A DNA stretch of 64,000 nt from Marine Group II euryarchaeote MED-G38 (lineage in GTDB: Archaea; Thermoplasmatota; Poseidoniia; Poseidoniales; Thalassarchaeaceae): NCBI GenBank assembly GCA_002457145.1, contig NTJP01000007.1, forward strand, positions 28,425-92,424, read 5' to 3'. The position numbers were made by a program, and so were the translations under genes. Positions 58,555 to 64,000 of this stretch are shown here, in pieces (position 1 is the stretch's first letter; the number at the start of each line of letters is the position of its first letter). The notes under the pieces are model-generated. The model ran no database searches. It was given only the letters and a program-made list of their open reading frames with translations, and was not told the DNA's origin.

Positions 58555-60765
58555 TCATAGAAGACTTACCTCTTCAATGGAACCACATTTTGGGCAAGCA
58601 GTTCGGGCAGAATCTATTCCTTCAGGAAGTTCTACAGAAAATAATAAATCACATGAAGAACAATTTTTCTTTATTAATCTATTAGATATATTTTCTTTTA
58701 ATTCATCTTTAATTCCTTCAGAATCAGAAATATCATCTATTAAATCTGAAAGTAGATCGTTGTCATCATTAGATGGATTGGGGATTGAATTCTGAGCATC
58801 TTCCAATAAACCTTCTAAATCGAAATCGGATAAATTGGTAATTTCATTATTTTTTGGTGCATAAGCATTTGGAGAGGTTTGTGCCCACATTTCTTTTTGC
58901 TCTTCAGGAGATGGTGGTTTAATTTCTTCAACTGGCTCCTCCTCTTTGGCTAATTCTTCAGCTCTAATTCTAATTCTTCTTTGTAATATTTTGAAAGAAA
59001 TTATGGATATTATTATCAAAAGTATTAATAATGAAATACCGATAAAAAGTGGATTTAAACTATTTTCTTCAGTTTTTACCTCCAAAACTGTCACAATTAT
59101 CTCAGCTTCCGAGGATAGTCCAACGTCATTTTGAGCAATACATATTACCCTTTGTACTCCTGGGATATCAAAATCATATTGAATTAATTTTCCATATAAT
59201 TGAGTTTCATCTTCTAGGCCTTGGTTAAATATCCATGAATATTGTATTTCAACCGATTCTTCATCAAATGCGGAGATTTCAAATGTCACTGGTTCACCTA
59301 AAGAAACTGAAATTTGACTTTCATAATCGTAAAATATAGGAGGAGATAAATCAGAAAGAATGACTTTTACACTATCGCTGGATTTCTTACCGGATTTATC
59401 TGTAACTATAAATTCAATATTGTGTTCACCAGATTGATAATTTGAGTCAAAACTGAAAGAAAAAGAAGAACTTATAGATTCTAAAATAGTGTAATTGCTT
59501 TGTTGTATTATTCCATCAACAAGCCATTCCGTGCGTTCAATACCCCAATTATCAGAAAATAATGCACTGATTAATATTGGTTGGTTGTATCCTTTCTGTA
59601 AATCCCCATTCACAGATATTGATACATTTGGGGGCGAATAATCCTGAATTTCTATTGGGATAGTAGTACTTGCAATTATTCCATCTGACGTGATAATGTT
59701 TAATTTTAGAGATGCATTATCCGGATTAGGCCACATGTAATCAAGAATTGGGCCAAAAAAATCAGGAATATCATCTTGATTGACATCCCAAGAATATCCA
59801 GATTCTGAGATTTGATTAGATCTATTGGGAGTATCTAATGCAGAAAATGAAATTAATTCACCAACATCATATGATTCTTGAAGATTCAGTGTAGATATTA
59901 CAGGATTTATTATTGGATTAAGAGTTACAGTAATAGTAGTCCCTGCGATAGTAGTGCCTGCACCTCCTCCTCCTGGCCCAGCTCTATTGTCAACAATCAC
60001 ATAGAGGTTTAGTCCTTCATATGATTCTGGTACCGACCATAATAAGACTCTTTCATCTGAAACTAAAAGCATATCTGCTTCAATTATTCTAGAAGCCGCA
60101 GTACCTCCATTTGAATAAAGATTTTTTTGATCTTCGGTCATAATGAAAATATCTGGATTTCCTTCCATTGTCCTAGCAAATATTTGTATGAAAGTTCCAG
60201 CATCGACAACGATAGGCCCTTCTGCTATTGAGAAACTACTAGTATCAACCTTAACTATAGAATCAAAAATAGTATATGTTTGTATATTTATTTCTTGTAC
60301 ATCAAACGATATTTCGACATCTGATTCTCCTTGGGCCCCCATTCCATCATCACCAGGGTGTGCAAAATTATCTAATATCATATACCATCTTGTTTTTTCT
60401 CTATCGTCAGGAACTGTCCAATGCCATTCTCCGTCTCCATTATAATTCTCAAAAACAGATTCTTGCTGCCAAATCATATCATTTCTATATGATTGTTCGT
60501 TCAAATAAACATCCAAAGAGTTGGCAGGAAAAAGAATTATATCTATTTCATCATTAGTTGAAATCTCAAAGGAAAATATTGTATTTGGCTCTAATTCACC
60601 TAAATCAACACGTATACAACTTTGTTGTTCGACTGTCCAGCTATCTGGCAAAGATGTTGTGTCAGTATTATTACAATTGGTTATAGCCTTTGATTCTGCA
60701 TGGATAAACGTAGCTGAAAGAAGTAAAATCAAGACAGCAAATATACTTCCGGGGCGCCATCTCAT
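58555..60765 (-). CDS. Surface protein with PKD/Ig-like domains, TM anchor and C-terminal zinc ribbon
   Basis: Signal peptide, GELISFSA...YSWD PKD-like motifs, TM, CSSC...CPKCG. Confidence 0.82.
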   Translation of the reverse strand: MRWRPGSIFAVLILLLSATFIHAESKAITNCNNTDTTSLPDSWTVEQQSCIRVDLGELEPNTIFSFEISTNDEIDIILFPANSLDVYLNEQSYRNDMIWQQESVFENYNGDGEWHWTVPDDREKTRWYMILDNFAHPGDDGMGAQGESDVEISFDVQEINIQTYTIFDSIVKVDTSSFSIAEGPIVVDAGTFIQIFARTMEGNPDIFIMTEDQKNLYSNGGTAASRIIEADMLLVSDERVLLWSVPESYEGLNLYVIVDNRAGPGGGGAGTTIAGTTITVTLNPIINPVISTLNLQESYDVGELISFSALDTPNRSNQISESGYSWDVNQDDIPDFFGPILDYMWPNPDNASLKLNIITSDGIIASTTIPIEIQDYSPPNVSISVNGDLQKGYNQPILISALFSDNWGIERTEWLVDGIIQQSNYTILESISSSFSFSFDSNYQSGEHNIEFIVTDKSGKKSSDSVKVILSDLSPPIFYDYESQISVSLGEPVTFEISAFDEESVEIQYSWIFNQGLEDETQLYGKLIQYDFDIPGVQRVICIAQNDVGLSSEAEIIVTVLEVKTEENSLNPLFIGISLLILLIIISIISFKILQRRIRIRAEELAKEEEPVEEIKPPSPEEQKEMWAQTSPNAYAPKNNEITNLSDFDLEGLLEDAQNSIPNPSNDDNDLLSDLIDDISDSEGIKDELKENISNRLIKKNCSSCDLLFSVELPEGIDSARTACPKCGSIEEVSLL

Positions 60766-60811
60766 TGACTAACCGTTTCGATACGCCTTTTGAATCGTAT
60801 CGTAATTACGT

Positions 60812-61795
60812 TCATTGCATATCATGCTCACGCCATGAATTTTGACTTTTTCTGAAGAGGTTTACCTTTCCATCATTAGATATGCGAAAAATATCGCCAT
60901 CATTACATGCAAAACTTTTTTGATGATTGATTCTGGATTCTTGTTCAATTAATTTAAAATCAATTATCCTAGGACTAAAATGTACCATGCCGAGAACTTG
61001 TGCATTGATATCAGAAGCTACCTTTCCTGCTTCCAGAGATGTCGAATGCCCATGTTCTCCGGCTTTCTCTGATAATTCATGTGTAAATGTTGCCTCATGA
61101 ATTAATAGATCTATGGGATTGTTCAATATTTCTTCTTTGAATCCTGGAACATTGTACTTAGTATCTCCAGATATCAAAACTCTTCTATCTGACTTTTCAG
61201 TACTTTCGATAAACCAAGCAACTGAAACAACGGTATGATTGGTAGGTATTGCGGTTAATTTTATTCCTTTTATTGGTTGGGTAATTAGATTATGAGGATT
61301 ATGTCCTATTATTGGAATTAGTATCCAATTAATTTTAAAAATATTTTTTGAAGAATTGTTTTCAATATGAGTGCGCCATTCTTTGAATAATAATGCAAAA
61401 TCTGATGGGTTTATATTAGAATTTGATGGAATATTGTCTCCATAATTATTTTCTACCCATCCAATTGCCTGGATAGTAGAAGGAGCGATTATTGTCAGTG
61501 GTTTAGTCCTACCATCCAACTGCATTGTTTTCAAAAGAGGTAGAAGGCCCCAGCAATGATCTAGATGTGAGTGAGTTAATAATATAACTTTTATTTTTGA
61601 AGCACGGGCTCTAATGCCTATAGGATTTTTTTTAAGATCTAATTCATGCTTAATCAAACGGCCTTGGAATCCTTCTCCACAGTCGATTATTAAGTTTCCA
61701 TGTGGCGTAGATAAATAATTACCTGAAACTGATCTTTTTCCTGTTGGACGTGAACCAGAAGTTCCCAATATGTGTAAATCAAACATGTTAATCAA
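60812..61795 (-). CDS. RNase Z/ElaC-like metallo-beta-lactamase
   Basis: LGTSGSRP, DCGEG, THSHLDH, SGDT, HEATF, GHST, HFSPR. Confidence 0.85.
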   Translation of the reverse strand: MINMFDLHILGTSGSRPTGKRSVSGNYLSTPHGNLIIDCGEGFQGRLIKHELDLKKNPIGIRARASKIKVILLTHSHLDHCWGLLPLLKTMQLDGRTKPLTIIAPSTIQAIGWVENNYGDNIPSNSNINPSDFALLFKEWRTHIENNSSKNIFKINWILIPIIGHNPHNLITQPIKGIKLTAIPTNHTVVSVAWFIESTEKSDRRVLISGDTKYNVPGFKEEILNNPIDLLIHEATFTHELSEKAGEHGHSTSLEAGKVASDINAQVLGMVHFSPRIIDFKLIEQESRINHQKSFACNDGDIFRISNDGKVNLFRKSQNSWREHDMQ

Positions 61796-61805
61796 AAAAT
61801 GAGCA

Positions 61806-62060
61806 TCATAAATCCCGAGGTATTGGAGTTTTTGGAAACCATCTTAGAATGACTACATCGCCTATTGAACGTATCCAATGCCATGGTATTGAAACATGAA
61901 TTCTGCCCTCTACTAGTTCACTGGGAGGATTTGCAACAAATATATGGCTACATTTCCATCCATTAGTTTCTACAACTGCATCATTAACAGTACCGATGAC
62001 TCTGCCATCTGGAAGAATCACTGGAAGTCCTCGTATTTCAGAGAGGTAGTGGTCAACCAT
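61806..62060 (-). CDS. PRC-barrel domain protein
   Basis: LSEIRGLPV...GRVIGTVND...IPWHWIRSIGDVVIL. Confidence 0.87.
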   Translation of the reverse strand: MVDHYLSEIRGLPVILPDGRVIGTVNDAVVETNGWKCSHIFVANPPSELVEGRIHVSIPWHWIRSIGDVVILRWFPKTPIPRDL

Positions 62061-62107
62061 CGATTAGACCGATGAGGTTCAAACCATCAATATGACGGAT
62101 GATATAA

Positions 62108-62695
62108 TCATTTTCCGCGATTTTTATTCGCCTTTAAGCTAGGACGGAGTTTTTCTGCTCCTTTTCCTTTGTTATGTAATCCTCGTCCTCTTTTACCAGC
62201 ACTTGTCTTTCCACGTTCTGCACGACCTTTGTGACTGTTTCCAGATGAAATCCAATTGTATTTTTTATCTGCTTGAATTACTGGATGATGAGGATCAAGC
62301 ATTATTACTTCGAAGAATTTATTCTTTCCATCTTCACCGACCCAATACGAATTTAGGACTTCTAAATTGGGATATCTTTTACTTGCCCTCTCTTCTGCTA
62401 TTCTTTGAGTAGATTTTGCCATTGTTATTTTAGTGATACCGGACTTTGAAGGTTTACGCTTCATATGAATTTTGCCTTTTCTAAGGCCTCCACGGCGTAT
62501 TCTTGTTCGAACTATAACCACACCTTGTTTAGCCTTGTAGCCCATTCTCCTAGCAGCATCAATTCGGGTTGGTTTATCGATTTTCTGAAAAACTGGATCT
62601 CTTCTCCATGAAGCCATTCTATCGATTCGATAACGACTTGGAATATTGGCTTTAGGTTGCTTCCAAACATTTCTAACATATTTATTTACACTCAT
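62108..62695 (-). CDS. rpl15e: 50S ribosomal protein eL15
   Basis: PTRIDAARRMGYKAKQG, LEVLNSYWVGEDG, RG.TSAGK; AGGAGGTG SD. Confidence 0.97.
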   Translation of the reverse strand: MSVNKYVRNVWKQPKANIPSRYRIDRMASWRRDPVFQKIDKPTRIDAARRMGYKAKQGVVIVRTRIRRGGLRKGKIHMKRKPSKSGITKITMAKSTQRIAEERASKRYPNLEVLNSYWVGEDGKNKFFEVIMLDPHHPVIQADKKYNWISSGNSHKGRAERGKTSAGKRGRGLHNKGKGAEKLRPSLKANKNRGK

Positions 62696-62735
62696 TTGTA
62701 CACCTCCTAGCGACTCGCCGACTTTACACTCCTTT

Positions 62736-63170
62736 ATGAGCCTACTTGCACTAGAAGGAATCGTGGACTCGGGTACTAGAGCCGTAATTCTCGCAGAACA
62801 CAGGATTTTAAAAGAGCATGAAGAAATTAAAGAAGATAACCTGAAAGTTAGAATAAAAAAAATGAAGAAGCGAGGATTTTACAAACCAATTATTGCTGAT
62901 TACAAAACTAATGTAATATTAGATGGGCATCATAAATGGAATGCTGCAAAAGAATTCGGCCTTTCTAAGGTACCTACAATATTTGTAGATTATAACGAAG
63001 AAGGAGTAAAAGTTGATGTATGGCCAAATTGTGGAAAGGATTCCATAACTAAAAAAGAAGTAATTGCAATGGGACTATCGGATAATGTATATCCTCCAAA
63101 AACTAGTAAGCACACATTTGATTTTGAAATACCAATTATATCAATTCCATTAGAATCTCTGCGAGAATAG
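62736..63170 (+). CDS. ParB/Srx-fold protein, minimal SerK/SbnI-like
   Basis: LKEHEE, KPII, ILDGHHK, VDY, ITKKEV, YPPKTSKH. Start ATG 62736 or GTG 62763; the track start 62646 overlaps rpl15e. Confidence 0.8.
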   Translation: MSLLALEGIVDSGTRAVILAEHRILKEHEEIKEDNLKVRIKKMKKRGFYKPIIADYKTNVILDGHHKWNAAKEFGLSKVPTIFVDYNEEGVKVDVWPNCGKDSITKKEVIAMGLSDNVYPPKTSKHTFDFEIPIISIPLESLRE

Positions 63171-63284
63171 TGGTCCGAGCTCCCGGACTTGAACCGGGGA
63201 CCCCCTGATGGCCATTTGGCCAACAACCGAAGTTGTTATTTCCAGTCTACAGTCAGGTGCTCTAGCCAACTGAGCTAAGCTCGG
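63171..63284 (-). tRNA. tRNA-Tyr(GUA) with 37-nt intron at position 37/38 and encoded CCA
   Basis: CCGAGCT/AGCTCGG acceptor stem (C1-G72), D arm GCTC/GAGC, anticodon stem CCTGA/TCAGG, GTA at 63250-63248, intron 63246-63210, T arm CCCGG-TTCAAGT-CCGGG, ACCA end. Confidence 0.96.
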
Positions 63285-63407
63285 ATATTATAGACGAGCG
63301 TACCTTACCTTATCTTGCTTTCCGGTGTTATGTAATTAATTATAGTTGAAATATTTTTTTAATATATGTAAATTCATTTATTCGGTTGGAAAAAATGAGT
63401 CAACAAA

Positions 63408-63480
63408 ACTGCCTCTACTATGTCGGATCTCCCTCAACTATTAAGAAGGGAAAGATAACTCTGTTGAATTGTAAGGCAGT
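63408..63480 (+). promoter_or_regulatory. Putative structured RNA element upstream of ftsZ
   Basis: ACTGCCT-c-TAC pairs with GTA-AGGCAGT; inner stem ATCTCCCT/AGGG-aa-AGAT. Confidence 0.4.
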
Positions 63481-63506
63481 AATGCCGGGGATGCATGGGG
63501 AGAAAT

Positions 63507-64000
63507 ATGGTAGAGGCGCCTATGAGGTCTATTGACCGAGAAAGTCATCAAATGCCCCCAAAAAGGATACCTACGGCACTAACAGATAGAGAATTAGAAG
63601 ATTATGGGCCTGCTGATCCTAGAATATTAGTTTGTGGCTGTGGAGGTTCAGGCAATAATACGATGAATCGGATAACTCATATTGGAGTTGAGGGGGCCAT
63701 TACTGTAGCCATAAATACGGATAAGCAACATCTTGATAATACACGCGCAATGCAGAAATTACTAGTTGGAAGGCACATAACAAGAGGTCTTGGAGCAGGA
63801 GGAGATCCTGCAATGGGAAGAAGATGTGCTGAAGCTGGAAGAGATGTGATCGGCAATATTGTAGCAGGAGCAGATTTGGTATTTGTCACAGCAGGCCTTG
63901 GTGGAGGCACAGGAACTGGCATTGCACCTATAGTCGCTGAAGAAGCAAAGAAAGCCGGTGCATTAGTAGTGGCTGTAGTTACTACTCCGTTTTCTGTGGA
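63507..64000 (+). CDS. ftsZ: Cell division protein FtsZ (5' part; runs off the right edge)
   Basis: Not in the ORF track. RILVCGCGGSGNN, AINTD, TRGLGAGG and GLGGGTGTG motifs. Start ATG 63507 behind GGGGAG, or ATG 63495. Confidence 0.96.
   Translation, partial: MVEAPMRSIDRESHQMPPKRIPTALTDRELEDYGPADPRILVCGCGGSGNNTMNRITHIGVEGAITVAINTDKQHLDNTRAMQKLLVGRHITRGLGAGGDPAMGRRCAEAGRDVIGNIVAGADLVFVTAGLGGGTGTGIAPIVAEEAKKAGALVVAVVTTPFSV

Noticed and set aside
62736..63170. ParB as a chromosome partition or defence gene
   Set aside because: No HTH, parA or defence neighbours; motifs fit the SerK/SbnI-like branch better.
62990..63226. 78-aa minus-strand ORF
   Set aside because: Starts inside the tRNA-Tyr intron and runs antisense to the ParB-fold gene.
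63222..63237. UUCG hairpin as an intrinsic terminator
   Set aside because: It lies inside the tRNA intron.
63171..63284. tRNA as an integration site of a mobile element
   Set aside because: No integrase and no duplicated tRNA 3' end were seen; flanking genes are housekeeping.
63395..63535. 46-aa ORF overlapping the ftsZ start in another frame
   Set aside because: No SD or recognisable motif; the region is better explained as a leader. Not excluded as a uORF.
63677..63922. 81-aa minus-strand ORF
   Set aside because: Antisense to the unmistakable ftsZ reading frame.
1..64000. CRISPR arrays, IS elements, prophage or rRNA genes
   Set aside because: Intergenic gaps are short, and no spaced direct repeats, transposase, viral hallmark or rRNA-like sequence was seen.

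Overview
AT-rich, gene-dense archaeal chromosome segment, most consistent with Marine Group II Euryarchaeota (Poseidoniales, Thermoplasmatota). The assignment is inferred from eL15, aIF-1A, MC1, Hjc, Cdc48, an intron-containing C1-G72 tRNA-Tyr, an 11-subunit complex I-like operon and many large secreted Ig-fold proteins. Contents in order: (1) a truncated secreted protein, a GHMP kinase, pyrBI and a tRNA thiolase; (2) cdc48, a PRC-barrel gene and a DUF4350-like/DUF58/membrane-protein set with no MoxR; (3) an aldehyde dehydrogenase and an actinobacterial Sdh1-like succinate dehydrogenase; (4) MC1, an Lrp domain, a macrodomain, an RNase H-fold protein and Hjc; (5) OYE, dCMP deaminase, folC, presenilin and serS; (6) leucine-catabolism liuBCD-like genes; (7) aIF1A-rio1-KH; (8) nuoABCDHI(J1J2)KLMN without nuoEFG; (9) a ~14.5 kb block of five surface-protein genes including an S8 protease and a 1459-aa repeat protein; (10) an RNase Z-like gene, a second PRC barrel, rpl15e, a SerK/ParB-like gene, tRNA-Tyr and the start of ftsZ. 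Four features are missing from the ORF track: the ORF at 1-2049, a stop-interrupted zinc-finger micro-ORF, the tRNA and ftsZ. No CRISPR array, integrase or IS was seen. The best leads are the remodelled complex I (SH3/Tudor-like insertion and Lys-rich tail in NuoI, two residual Cys in NuoD), the surface-protein cluster, the Cdc48/DUF58 locus, and candidate structured RNA leaders before ftsZ and rpl15e. All assignments come from motif recognition by eye; no database search was run.
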